The notes under the pieces: generated by a model
The model's input: the letters and a program-made list of their open reading frames with translations, nothing else
What the model was told of the DNA's origin: nothing
The model's database searches: none
DNA from: an uncultured archaeon
GTDB taxonomy: Archaea; Thermoproteota; Nitrososphaeria_A; Caldarchaeales; Wolframiiraptoraceae
Assembly (NCBI GenBank): GCA_938083505.1
Contig: CALKCF010000002.1
Span: 1 to 64,000, forward strand
Direction of reading: 5' to 3'
Length of the DNA stretch: 64,000 nt
Made by a program: the position numbers and the translations under genes
Shown: positions 38,797 through 49,173 of the stretch, one piece after another
Numbering within the stretch: the first letter of the stretch is position 1
How the letters are laid out: each line of letters begins with the position of its first letter

Positions 38797-38832
38797 GTAG
38801 TAAAAATAGTTAGGACGTACTTAAAACTCTTA

Positions 38833-40506
38833 CTATAATTTACTAAACAGGCTACGAAGTTTCTGCAGCTCTATCTCGGCTGCGCTCACGGGCATCGTTA
38901 TGCCGAAATTTTCCAGGACTTCTGGGCTTATCTCACCCATTATCCCTACCTTAACATCGTTAACCTCTACCTCTGCGACTCTTCCCTCAATGAAACTTGC
39001 ATGCTCAACCTCTCTTAAACTCCATTCCCTTAAGCCGAGGCTTCTTAATAGTTCTTCCGTAATAGATTTAACTTCTGAGAACGACGTGTCAACATGGGAG
39101 CTTACGAACGCTAATTTAACCTCCCTCCTAACACCTTCATCGGAAGATTCATCAACTATCAGCACATCACCTATCTCAAAAAGCTTGTGTGGGTAAGGAT
39201 TTTGTTTGTTCATTTTCAAGTTATAGAGTAAGCTTGGAATGATCCACGTCCTAAGTATGTCGTACTCGGCCGAGACCGGATTAAGAATCTTCACAGGATT
39301 CTGCGGCTCGAGCTTCATCCAACGATAGTCCCTAGTGCTGTTGGAAAGTGTGAGGTTTACTACTTCTGTAAAACCAAGGCCAAACATTATTTCCTTACAT
39401 ACATCCTCAAAATTCGTGTCAAGATGGTATCTGCCGAAGCCCAACGTCTTAGGCATCACTGGTTGTAAGTTCTTATATCCAAGACCCACAGCTATCTCCT
39501 CAACTAGGTCAACCGGATGTAGGACGTCGAGTCGGTACGCAGGCACTTCGGCAAATATCGCGTCGCCCTTAATCCTCTTAACACCAATCCTTGACCTTCT
39601 TAATGCTCTTACGGCCTCCTTCATCGATATGTTTAGGCCAAGCAAACCGTTGGCGTAGCTTAGCTTAAGCTTCCATGTCTTCGTCATAAAGTTCGGCGTC
39701 TTTATTCTCATTCCATCGTAAATTATCTTTACCTGTCTGATCTTTCCGCCCATGTCCGCAAGCGCCGCCGTCAGTATGTTTAAAGCGCCGCTTACAGCTT
39801 CCAAGTCCGTACCGGTTACGTCTATGAAGAGTGTCTCCGTACCCTCCGTTAGCTCTGTCAACGCCGCGTTTATTATGGGCGGGAGCGAAAGCACTTCTCC
39901 GCATGAATCCATGATAACCGGAAACAAACCAGTTCCGGCCACTATATGGCCATACTTACGGCCGACCTCATGCTGCTCGACTATCTCCTGCGGCGTCATC
40001 CTCCTAAAGCTTTTGAGTGGTACGAAGCTTATTTCGTCCCCTCTTAAGGCCTTGTAGATTATCGGCGGTTTTATGGCGCCGGCGTTGTGCAAGCCTATGG
40101 CCACTTTCCTCCTATTTCTTCCCACGACCCAGTGCAGGTCTTCTTGCATAGCTATCAGCTCCTCAATATCTTCTGCCGATAGGGTGAGGCCCTCAACGTA
40201 GGCCGCTACGATCCAAGGTCTAACTGTTTTAACGTTCTTATCGACCTTTAAGAACGTCTTGGGAGGGAGCGTACGGAACGTAGGAGCGCCGGTCTCTATA
40301 TCAAGAATGCCTTTAAGGGCCCTTGCAAGACCTGCAGGGCTTGAAAAGTCCGGTCTGTTGGGATTATATTCCACCTTAACGCAGTCTGTCCCTAACTCCT
40401 CGATGGCGACACCTATACTTGTTAGGGCATCAATTAACACGTCTTTGTCTAGTCTTTGGCGCAATAATTTGAATAGCCTTTCCAGCTTAAGGTTAAGTAT
40501 CGGCAT
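38833..40506 (-). CDS. pheT: phenylalanyl-tRNA synthetase beta subunit
   Basis: NPNRPD, QEDLH, SLPPIIN, YRLDVLHPVDLVEEIA. Confidence 0.97.
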   Translation of the reverse strand: MPILNLKLERLFKLLRQRLDKDVLIDALTSIGVAIEELGTDCVKVEYNPNRPDFSSPAGLARALKGILDIETGAPTFRTLPPKTFLKVDKNVKTVRPWIVAAYVEGLTLSAEDIEELIAMQEDLHWVVGRNRRKVAIGLHNAGAIKPPIIYKALRGDEISFVPLKSFRRMTPQEIVEQHEVGRKYGHIVAGTGLFPVIMDSCGEVLSLPPIINAALTELTEGTETLFIDVTGTDLEAVSGALNILTAALADMGGKIRQVKIIYDGMRIKTPNFMTKTWKLKLSYANGLLGLNISMKEAVRALRRSRIGVKRIKGDAIFAEVPAYRLDVLHPVDLVEEIAVGLGYKNLQPVMPKTLGFGRYHLDTNFEDVCKEIMFGLGFTEVVNLTLSNSTRDYRWMKLEPQNPVKILNPVSAEYDILRTWIIPSLLYNLKMNKQNPYPHKLFEIGDVLIVDESSDEGVRREVKLAFVSSHVDTSFSEVKSITEELLRSLGLREWSLREVEHASFIEGRVAEVEVNDVKVGIMGEISPEVLENFGITMPVSAAEIELQKLRSLFSKL

Positions 40507-40657
40507 CTTATCGGCTCACCTAACTAAATTTACGGTACTACTGAGTTGCTATAGGTCAGTCCTTAAAAAATATTTTTAAATATTCTTAAAGAGCAAATGT
40601 TATCGCAGAATTAAGTACATATATCAAAAGACTTGAGAACAAACTCAAGGGATAAAG

Positions 40658-41638
40658 ATGGTTGGCGAGGATTCTGTAACGAAAAGGTATGAGGTGCGTA
40701 GACTACTTCAAAAAATGAGAGATGGTATTATCAAGGAACTCTCAGTAACCATCGACCCAAAACTCGGTATAACCTACCCAGAGGCTGAGGTCGATTTGAA
40801 GAGCAACGTACAGAATACACTCGAAGCGCTACACCAAGAGGGTTACCTTTTAAAAAAGCAGAAAGAAAATGTGATGATTTGCAAAAAATGTAGCGGCGCA
40901 TCGTTCATGATAATGCATCGTTGTCCAAACTGTAATTCTTTAAGCTTAAGAAAAGGAATGATTATCCAGCACCTGACATGTGGATATACGGAGTTAGAGT
41001 CAATATTTGCTGAGCGCAATTATGTATGCCCAAAATGTAAAAAGAAGCTCAGAGCCTTAGGTGTTGATTATGTGAAGCCTGGCATACAATACGTCTGTAA
41101 TGAGTGTGGCAATATAACACAAAGCCCAGCAATTTTACTTAAATGCTGGACATGCGGAGAGCTGCAGACGATCGATGAGGCGAGGTACATAGAGATTAAT
41201 ACTTATCTGTTAGACTATACTAAGCGCGAGCTCTTGGCAAAGGTGACTTTTAACCTGACACCCATCATCCAGAGAATTTCTGCAGTAGGTTGGATTGCAA
41301 AGAAAGATTATAAGATAACAGGCAAATCGGGCGTCGAGCACACCTTTACGTTGGCTTTATGGTCATATGAACATGGTTTAAGTAAAACTCCAGATATTGT
41401 TGCGGATATCCACATGGATATTGTTGACGAAACACGCGTGCTTGCGCTATATGCGAAAGTTCTCGACGTCGGAATAGAGAACGCAATACTTGCTGCGGTT
41501 CCAATAGCAAGCGAGAAAGCGAAGACTCTAGCAAAATATTATGAAATAACCATAGTAGAGGCTGAGAATACGGATGTTTTGATAGAAAAACTCGCTTTTT
41601 CAATAGAGGACGTTATAAAAAAGTTGATACTACGTTAG
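40658..41638 (+). CDS. TackOD1-type multi-Zn domain fused to a degenerate restriction-endonuclease-like domain
   Basis: CKKC/CPNC/HLTC/CPKC/CNEC/CWTC with LRALGVDY; C-term GKSGVEHTF..ADI..KVLD. Confidence 0.75.
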   Translation: MVGEDSVTKRYEVRRLLQKMRDGIIKELSVTIDPKLGITYPEAEVDLKSNVQNTLEALHQEGYLLKKQKENVMICKKCSGASFMIMHRCPNCNSLSLRKGMIIQHLTCGYTELESIFAERNYVCPKCKKKLRALGVDYVKPGIQYVCNECGNITQSPAILLKCWTCGELQTIDEARYIEINTYLLDYTKRELLAKVTFNLTPIIQRISAVGWIAKKDYKITGKSGVEHTFTLALWSYEHGLSKTPDIVADIHMDIVDETRVLALYAKVLDVGIENAILAAVPIASEKAKTLAKYYEITIVEAENTDVLIEKLAFSIEDVIKKLILR

Positions 41639-41639
41639 A

Positions 41640-42929
41640 TCACCACCGCATGCTTGGTTTGAGTAGTTCACATATGTAGGCATAGAACCTAATGATGGAA
41701 TATATCGGTCTGTAGAACAAGGAAACCAAAGGCAATAGATAAGCACTCTTTAGGTCTGATAAGAATTCGATTACGGAAAATGCGCTTAGAACCGTGTGCA
41801 ACTCTATTATCAGGTAAAACAGAACAAGCAACAATCCAACACCCAAGATATTCTGCGTGTACATAAAATACGCAAACCATGTCGGCCTAATAATCACGGC
41901 CAAAATATCCATCAAAACCATGTCTGGTGCGCCCATTATGGCGGGCGTTCCAAAAATTCTTCTGAAAAATAAGCTCCTATGCATTATCAGAACCCTAACT
42001 TGACCCCTATGCCATCTTTCCCTCTGCTTGAACCATGAGCGCCAAGTTTCGGGAACTTCGGTGAATGCGTAAGATTCAGGTACGAAAATAACCCTACCCT
42101 TTATCTTGTGCACCTTTAGTGTGAGATCAAAATCTTCACCAAGTACCGGGTCGAATCCTCCAATGGACTCTAAAATGTGTTTTCTTACGATAGACTTTGC
42201 ACCAGGTATTATAAGCAACGTTCTGAACAATGCTTGCAACCTTCTGCCTATATCGAAAGCCACTACATATTCATAAGACTGCAACCTTGTTAGTAGATTC
42301 TTGTTTACATTTAACACTCTCAAATTTCCGCTCGCGGCCAATATCTTTGGATTGGAAAAGTATGCGGCAATCTTGCTGATAGAATCCCTTGCGATGATCG
42401 TATCAGCATCAACCGTTACTATAACCTCACCCTTTGCAAAATCTAAGCCATAGTTCAACGCATACGCCTTAATTCCTCCTTTGGGTTTCGACAGAAGTTT
42501 TATCTGTCCCTTAAACTTCGATGCAATGATATATGTTCCATCCGTAGAACCATCGTCCACGACTATTATCTCTTTAAACTTATAATCGTTTTCAAGAACA
42601 GAAGATATACAGGCGGTTATGGTTCTCTCCTCGTTGTGGGCAGGTATTATGATACTTATTATGGGAGTGTATGTAAGTCGCGGGGGCTTCCTGACGATTT
42701 CGTAAATCGGCAATACCACGGATTTGCCGATAGCTCTGGTATAGTCTAAGAGAAACGTTGGAAGGGATATCAGAAGGAAGTCCCGGACACCGATATTAAA
42801 ATAGCTCATGATAGAAATCATAACGTAAAGCATCAAAGGGATTAACGCGAGGTTTATTCCGAATGCCAATAGATTAAATCTGCTAACTTTGACCATGTGG
42901 TCTATATCACAACTCTTTAAATTTTCCAA
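41640..42929 (-). CDS. processive GT2 glycosyltransferase (PgaC/IcaA/cellulose-synthase-like)
   Basis: PAHNEE, DDGSTD, DAD, GED, QRERW; N- and C-terminal TMs. Confidence 0.9.
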   Translation of the reverse strand: MENLKSCDIDHMVKVSRFNLLAFGINLALIPLMLYVMISIMSYFNIGVRDFLLISLPTFLLDYTRAIGKSVVLPIYEIVRKPPRLTYTPIISIIIPAHNEERTITACISSVLENDYKFKEIIVVDDGSTDGTYIIASKFKGQIKLLSKPKGGIKAYALNYGLDFAKGEVIVTVDADTIIARDSISKIAAYFSNPKILAASGNLRVLNVNKNLLTRLQSYEYVVAFDIGRRLQALFRTLLIIPGAKSIVRKHILESIGGFDPVLGEDFDLTLKVHKIKGRVIFVPESYAFTEVPETWRSWFKQRERWHRGQVRVLIMHRSLFFRRIFGTPAIMGAPDMVLMDILAVIIRPTWFAYFMYTQNILGVGLLLVLFYLIIELHTVLSAFSVIEFLSDLKSAYLLPLVSLFYRPIYSIIRFYAYICELLKPSMRW

Positions 42930-42938
42930 AATATACTT

Positions 42939-44483
42939 TTATAGTCTTCCGCTCTTTATGTCCACGTAAACTCTGGCCATGCTCCTTATCCAGTTAAGGT
43001 CGTTAACGTATAACGTCCTTATGTCGTCGAGCTTGAATAATGCCATTGCTAATCTTTCCAAACCACCACCCCATGCCAATACTGGATATCTGACGCCCAA
43101 CGGAACGGTAACCTCCGGCCTGAATATGCCCATGCCAAACAACTCTAACCACTCACGCTTCTCAGGTATGTAAACGATGACTTCTGCCGACGGTTCCGTG
43201 TAGGGGAAATAGGACGGCCTGAATATTATCTCCTTGAGGCCTATTCTGCTACAGAACTCCTTTATGAGGCCCATCAACTCCCTGAACGTCGCTTTCTTAT
43301 CCATTATTATGCCTTCTACTTGGTGAAATTCGGCGAGGTGCTTCCAGTCAACCTTTTCATTCCTGTATATCCTGTCAACTGAGAATACTTTGATGGGTGG
43401 TTCGTTGTGGTATGCAAGATGCCTGATGGTCGTCGCGGTCGTATGCGTCCTGAGTACCAGCTTTCTGGCCTCCTGCTCACTCCACTTATACCTCCATCCC
43501 TTAGAGCCCGTGTTGCCACCAAACTCATGTGATTGCCTCACAGGCTCGACGAGCTTTTCTGGAAGTCTGCCAACATTAGGGTATGCCAAGTAAAAGGTGT
43601 CGTGCATTTCTCGCGCCGGATGGTCCTGGGGTTGGAATAACGCATCGAAGTTCCAGAATGCAAGCTCGACGAGTGGTCCCTTAATTTCTTCAAAGCCGAG
43701 TTCGATGAAGACGTCCTTTATCAGCTTGATGAGAGTTGTAAGAGGATGACGTTTTGCTACGAAAACAGGTTTTGTGGGTGCGTGTATATCGAAGGGGCTC
43801 AGTTCAAAATCGCGCCATTTGCCCGTTATCAGCAGATCGGGCGTTAACCTTGTAATCAAGGGTCGCTCCAATTCCAACTCCTCTAACGGTATGTTGCGTA
43901 TCAGCTCGCTCGGAGCCATCGTGTACTTTCTTTCCTCGTACAACTCCACGACTCCTGGCCTACCGGAAAGCTCAAGGCAAGCATCCAGAAGCTCCGGCGG
44001 TAGGGCGTCAACCCTTAACTCACCCCTTCCAAGCCATCCTAACAGTTTCTCCTCGGCCGTGACCTCTGGCACCTCACCAACGATTTCAATGACCTTGAAA
44101 CCATCACGATCCTTAATGGTTATCCAGCCCTTCTTTTTAGCCCACATTATCGCGACCGCCAGCTCACCTTGCAAGATCTGTTCCTTCTCAAGCTCGCTTA
44201 CGCTCATACAACCTTCGGCGTTTTTCAAAACGTTGACAAGTCTCCTTTCTGGAAGACCGATCTTGAGGTACTCAATCCCAGTCGGACCCAATTTAGCCAT
44301 CTTTATGGACGTCTCTTTTACCTCAATCAACCCTTTCTCCTTAAGCCAGAGCGAAGCCTTAGCCACGGCGCCTTCATCCTTTGATATCGCGATAGCAACC
44401 TCGCCGTATTCCATCGGCCTGCTCTTCTCTATAAGTGTCCGAAGGATAAGCCTTTCAAGCCAATGAAGCCTCAGCTTAGCCAT
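42939..44483 (-). CDS. pheS: phenylalanyl-tRNA synthetase alpha subunit
   Basis: FWNFDALFQPQDHPAREMHDTF, EFHQVEG, YFPYTEPS, GGGLERL. Confidence 0.97.
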   Translation of the reverse strand: MAKLRLHWLERLILRTLIEKSRPMEYGEVAIAISKDEGAVAKASLWLKEKGLIEVKETSIKMAKLGPTGIEYLKIGLPERRLVNVLKNAEGCMSVSELEKEQILQGELAVAIMWAKKKGWITIKDRDGFKVIEIVGEVPEVTAEEKLLGWLGRGELRVDALPPELLDACLELSGRPGVVELYEERKYTMAPSELIRNIPLEELELERPLITRLTPDLLITGKWRDFELSPFDIHAPTKPVFVAKRHPLTTLIKLIKDVFIELGFEEIKGPLVELAFWNFDALFQPQDHPAREMHDTFYLAYPNVGRLPEKLVEPVRQSHEFGGNTGSKGWRYKWSEQEARKLVLRTHTTATTIRHLAYHNEPPIKVFSVDRIYRNEKVDWKHLAEFHQVEGIIMDKKATFRELMGLIKEFCSRIGLKEIIFRPSYFPYTEPSAEVIVYIPEKREWLELFGMGIFRPEVTVPLGVRYPVLAWGGGLERLAMALFKLDDIRTLYVNDLNWIRSMARVYVDIKSGRL

Positions 44484-44573
44484 ACCACGACCTATCTTTG
44501 TCAGTTAGGCTGGTATAAAAAAGGTGTTTTGCGGCGCAATAAATATATGTAACATAAGGTCCAAGCTTTATAC

Positions 44574-44867
44574 ATGATAGATTATGCCGTGCTGATACCT
44601 AACATCATTCTGTTTGTAGTAGGTTTTCTGATAGGCTTCGGCCTCATTAAAGTTTTAAAGGGTGCGCTCCTAATAATAATGGCCATTGTCATACTCAGTA
44701 TTGTCGGCATAACGATAGCTGGCTTTGTGCTGCCGGGTTTTCATGAGCTCCCTAGCGTCGTAGCATCCCTAGAGGACGTTGCTAAAGGCTTTCTTGCGGT
44801 CTTGAAAACCTACCCCATGCTGACCGCGGGCCTTCTCATAGGCTTAATAGCAGGCATAGTTAAGTAA
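44574..44867 (+). CDS. small membrane protein (FUN14-like)
   Basis: 97 aa, 3 hydrophobic segments, GFLIGFGL. Confidence 0.55.
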   Translation: MIDYAVLIPNIILFVVGFLIGFGLIKVLKGALLIIMAIVILSIVGITIAGFVLPGFHELPSVVASLEDVAKGFLAVLKTYPMLTAGLLIGLIAGIVK

Positions 44868-44922
44868 CGGTAGGTGGTTTTGGGATTTATAGTAAGGCTT
44901 CCTAAGAGAGGACAGATTAGAC

Positions 44923-45474
44923 ATGTCTCCCGAAGAGACTTATCTCGTTAAGCTCAAGCTGTACTTTGATGGTGAGAAGGTTTACACAGAAGTATCGGAG
45001 CAGTCTTTAGCCCTTTTGTCGAAAGGTTATGGTCAGCTCGATAAAGAGAACGGAATAATTACCTACAGTAATGTGGAGGCTCTTTATCTACTCGAAAGCA
45101 AGATGGCATCCGTCATTTCCGGGAATTCTGAGACGTCGTTTAACGAGCTCCTTAGCGCCCTTGAGAGTAAGAGCGAAACATTGTGGAGGGACTATGTAAT
45201 CTACAGAGACCTAAGGAACAGACGCTACACAATCAAAGAAGGGTTCAGTCCAGATCTCATCTTTAGAGTCTTCGAAAGGGGCGAGTTCCAGAAGGAGGCT
45301 GCAAAATACCTGGTAGCTCCCTTAAGCGAGGGGAAAAGTATCAAGCTCAGTAAGCTCAAACAACTGTTATCCATCTGTAGGGCCCTTAAGAAAGAGATGA
45401 TAATTTCCGTCATCGATAGAAGGAACGAGGTCGTGTACTATCTGGCAAATCAGGTCGATTTGAGGAATGTCTAA
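44923..45474 (+). CDS. endA: tRNA splicing endonuclease, non-catalytic structural subunit
   Basis: EALYL and YRDLRNR motifs; catalytic Tyr/His region reads FRVFERG..EAAKY. Confidence 0.8.
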   Translation: MSPEETYLVKLKLYFDGEKVYTEVSEQSLALLSKGYGQLDKENGIITYSNVEALYLLESKMASVISGNSETSFNELLSALESKSETLWRDYVIYRDLRNRRYTIKEGFSPDLIFRVFERGEFQKEAAKYLVAPLSEGKSIKLSKLKQLLSICRALKKEMIISVIDRRNEVVYYLANQVDLRNV

Positions 45475-46330
45475 AAAGGGTGGCTTCAGCAAGCTCGTAG
45501 CATACATTAAGTTAACGAGACCACAAAACGGAATTATGATGTTTATAGCTGTACTCGTCGGCGTTGTTTTCTCAGAGAGCAGGTCCATGCACGTCTATCA
45601 GGCATCGTTGGCTTTTGTGACAGCATTCTCCCTTAGTGGAAGCTCTATGGCGATAAACGACTATTTCGACAGAGATGTTGATGCCGTGAACTCGCCGAAC
45701 AGACCCATACCTTCGGGCAAGGCATCACCGAAAGGTGTCATCATCTTTTCATCCATCTTAGGAACCTTAGGTTTGATGGCCGCCGCATTTACCTCATACG
45801 TTTGCTTAGCATTCGCTATATTTGCGTATACCTCCGCTATTTTGTATAACTCGCTGGTCAAGACGAGTGGGTTGCCTGGAAATATGTTGGTGAGTTTTAA
45901 CGTGGTAGCACCGTTTATCTACGGCTCACTCATAAGCGATGGCATGATTGGGGCAAAGGTACTCACCTTTGCTCTGTTGGCTTTCTTAGCAAACACGGGA
46001 AGGGAGGTGATTAAGGGAATTTCCGATGTCGAAGGTGACGCGCTTAGGGGCGTGAAGTCTATAGCTAGGAGCATAGGCGAGAAGCGTGCGGCCATACTCG
46101 GCGCGGTCCTTTACGTTTCAGCAGTCTGTCTTAGCCCCCTGCCTTACATCCTTGGCTATGTCTCGTTCTTGTATGTGCCTATTGTGCTCGTATGCGACGC
46201 TGGCTTCATTTACTCCTCGGTATCGATAATAAAATCACCAACAAAAGATAATGCTATAAGGGTAAAGAACCATTCTTTGTTGTGGATGCTTATAGCCTTG
46301 CTTTCTTTCATAGCCGGAGGCTTTTTATAA
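45467..46330 (+). CDS. digeranylgeranylglyceryl phosphate synthase (UbiA family)
   Basis: INDYFDRDVDAVNSPNRPIPSG, REVIKGISDVEGD. Confidence 0.92.
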   Translation: MSKKGGFSKLVAYIKLTRPQNGIMMFIAVLVGVVFSESRSMHVYQASLAFVTAFSLSGSSMAINDYFDRDVDAVNSPNRPIPSGKASPKGVIIFSSILGTLGLMAAAFTSYVCLAFAIFAYTSAILYNSLVKTSGLPGNMLVSFNVVAPFIYGSLISDGMIGAKVLTFALLAFLANTGREVIKGISDVEGDALRGVKSIARSIGEKRAAILGAVLYVSAVCLSPLPYILGYVSFLYVPIVLVCDAGFIYSSVSIIKSPTKDNAIRVKNHSLLWMLIALLSFIAGGFL

Positions 46331-46368
46331 AAACCCTTAATTTGAACTCATGTGTCTCCGAAAGAATG

Positions 46369-46453
46369 GCGGGGGTTGCCAAGCCTGGTCAACGGCGCAG
46401 GGCTTAGGACCCTGTCCCGTAGGGGTTCGTGGGTTCAAATCCCACCCCCCGCA
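46369..46453 (+). tRNA. tRNA-Leu(TAG)
   Basis: GCGGGGG/CCCCCGC acceptor, CAGGG-CTTAGGA-CCCTG, long variable arm, no intron. Confidence 0.96.
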
Positions 46454-46537
46454 TTAATTTACTAGTATAATGTTAAAATATCTTCACACTATAACTTAAC
46501 ATGCTACAGAATACCAGACCCAACCAGCCCGATAAAG

Positions 46538-47200
46538 ATGAGTGAAGAGGTTGAGATAACACCTACAACCCAAGAAATACCCTCAGACCTATTCGACATA
46601 ATAGTTGGGCACAATGATGTTAAGGAGATCCTGTAGAGGGCGATAAGGTCTAAAGAAACTGTACACTGCCTACTACACGTCTCACCGGCCAGCGCCAAGT
46701 CCCTATTCATCGAAGAGCTCTCAAGACTCCCAAACAGCAGATTCATCCTCGGATCATCCCTCTCAAAGGCCGGACTAATAGAGACACTATTCGAATACAA
46801 GCCGAGATACCTAATACTCGACGAGATAGATAAGATAGACTCCGCCGACAACCTAAGCGCCCTACTAAGCCTAATGGAGAGAGGAATAGTGGTCGAGATA
46901 AAGTATAAGCGGCATAGTAGGATACAGCTAACAACAACAGTACTCGCAGCCTGCAACAAGGTAGAATTCCTACCACCAGAGCTACTGAGCATGTTCCTAA
47001 GACTAAGATTTAGAGACTACACCATCGACGAATTCCTGGAAGTAGTGAAGGTAGTGCTGACAGAGCGGGAGAACATACCGTTCCCAACAGCAACCTACAT
47101 AGACGAAAAAGTCCTCACAGAGCTGCTAAGCAGGGATCCGAGAAATGCAATAAAAATAGCCCGGCTTTTAGAATACTTTCACACAATGGTTCAGCGCTAA
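46538..47200 (+). pseudogene. AAA+ ATPase remnant (RuvB/MCM-like)
   Basis: FDIIVGHNDVK, in-frame TAG at 46634, degenerate Walker A VSPASAKS, Walker B LILDEIDK. Confidence 0.8.
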
Positions 47201-47416
47201 TCTCATCTTATTATTCATTTGCATTATTTCGTCCAGATTAGCTGAGATTTATACAGCCTACTGACTCAATACTTCAGTCATAAGGGTTGACTTTAGAACT
47301 GTAGCCAGAGAATAAAGGGTGTTGTTGCATCTATCCCTGTATTCTCACGCTCCCTTAAAGGTGTTCGGGGTGCAACCTTGAGGAGAATGAAGAAAGACAG
47401 TATCCAGTATGTTGGC

Positions 47417-48907
47417 TTAGTCACCATACAATATTCTGAGTATGGGCCTTAGAAATGGTGAGAGGGCGGCTAGGGCTTTCTCTGAGATAAGAGCTGTAGA
47501 CAACTCCTTCAAGTCCTCTCTAGTGATTATTCTGAGTCGAGCATAGAGTATGTAGGAGGGGATGAGGATTAATGGTATCCCGAGGATTGGTAAGAGCTTG
47601 AGAAGAAGAATGACTAGGTATGCGCAGAGAGGTATCAGCAATGTTATCAGATTATCCTTCAGGCCCAACTGGTATCTAGCCTTCTTGGATAGGTGGATGA
47701 CGAGGAGTAGGCTTGGTATGAAGCCGAGGGCGAAGGAGGCCGCGGCTCCCTCCTCTGCGAGAGTCTGTATCAGGGTTAGGTAGAGGGCTAGCCTAGCCGC
47801 ATTTCCGGCCACCCCGATGGCTGTGACTTCACCATACCTCCCGGCGGCGTATGCGTAGATTGTATAGCTATTCACGATGGGTGCTAGCAGGAAGCCTGCG
47901 CTCAGGATCATTATTGGAGCTGAGGCAGGGATATATGACTGCCCCAGCAATGATGGGATAAGGGCCGGGTATGCAATCAGTGTGAAAGCAAGCGGAAAGG
48001 TCATGGCTGAGGCTAGCCTAGCGGCCCTCACCATAAACCTCTTTCTGCCATCCTCCATCGAGCTCAGAACAGGGAAAGACAGGGTCAAAACATTCATGGG
48101 CAGCGCCAGTATACCCGTAGTTATAGCAAAAGCTATAAAATATGTCCCGGTCTCGTAGCTCCCAACCAAGCCTCTCAGACCCAAAACCCCTAGCCACTGA
48201 CCCATAAGCGTAAGGATCGATGGAATCCAAGTGGCAAGCCCTGCCTCAAGCGACTCCCTAACAGCCCGCAGAGATGTAGAGAACTCCACCCTAAGCCTTC
48301 GGAGCTGCCGGCTCGCCAATAACAACAGCATCGCGTCCGATACTAGGGCGGCCGAGACATAGCCCAGCATTATCCCGTAGAACCCCAAACCGAGATAGAC
48401 CAGCGAAATTCCTATCACTAACCTACCCAGACCCGTTATGAGATTCGCCAGAGCGACGTACTCCGTCCTCAGAATCGAGCTGAAGAACGATATTACTACA
48501 AACGGCCAACCATTCATCCCAATCAACATCAGCAGAGATGTGAAGAATACGGAGTCAGGGTCCAGCGGAACAACACCTACAAACAGCCCTAATACCAAGA
48601 ATATCAGCGCGGAAGCCACGTCAATCACAAATAGGAATATTAGTGGCGAGTAGAAGTAGCGGCCCAATTCTATCGAATCTCGACGGCCAAACTCCCTGCC
48701 GAGCAAGCGCATAACACCAGTCGGTATTCCGAAAGAGAGGGTTGAGAGGAGCAGACCCTCGATCGCGAGCACAGTAGCAACGCGCCCCACAACCTCCGGC
48801 GACACAAGAGGTGAGACGAGGAGCCAATAAACGAACCCGAAAAAGCTGGTCAGAATAGACCCAATACTGAGCCAAACACCCCCCCTCAGAACCCTATCCA
48901 GACTCAT
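47417..48907 (-). CDS. oligosaccharide flippase (Wzx/MOP family)
   Basis: 12-14 TMs, FGFVYW N-term, TGTYFIAF, FPVLS. Confidence 0.88.
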   Translation of the reverse strand: MSLDRVLRGGVWLSIGSILTSFFGFVYWLLVSPLVSPEVVGRVATVLAIEGLLLSTLSFGIPTGVMRLLGREFGRRDSIELGRYFYSPLIFLFVIDVASALIFLVLGLFVGVVPLDPDSVFFTSLLMLIGMNGWPFVVISFFSSILRTEYVALANLITGLGRLVIGISLVYLGLGFYGIMLGYVSAALVSDAMLLLLASRQLRRLRVEFSTSLRAVRESLEAGLATWIPSILTLMGQWLGVLGLRGLVGSYETGTYFIAFAITTGILALPMNVLTLSFPVLSSMEDGRKRFMVRAARLASAMTFPLAFTLIAYPALIPSLLGQSYIPASAPIMILSAGFLLAPIVNSYTIYAYAAGRYGEVTAIGVAGNAARLALYLTLIQTLAEEGAAASFALGFIPSLLLVIHLSKKARYQLGLKDNLITLLIPLCAYLVILLLKLLPILGIPLILIPSYILYARLRIITREDLKELSTALISEKALAALSPFLRPILRILYGD

Positions 48908-49173
48908 TTCTTAGCACCGATGCGCCTAGCGATCCTTATAATCATAAGACGTTAAGTATCTTCAGTCTTTTGCCTGTGGATATCTCGCTATTGATGAAGC
49001 AGACTCTCGATTCTGGCTTTCCCACGCTATGCCAATCAATTGTTTTCTTTCATTTCCTTGACTATCAGGGCATGTCTACCCCAAGCTTAAACCCTCCAAT
49101 AATAACATGTACACCTCCCTATCTCTCCCAATAAGCCTCTTCAACCAGCCGACCATGTTTTAAAGTAGTTCTC

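Noticed and set aside
11230-46636. In-frame TAG codons (11230, 46634) as pyrrolysine or stop recoding
   Set aside because: Both genes carry other lesions, and core genes such as alaS and pheT end in TAG
17974-46992. Long antisense ORFs (17974-18570, 34356-34955, 43774-44466, 46504-46992)
   Set aside because: Shadow frames opposite recognisable genes, with no motifs
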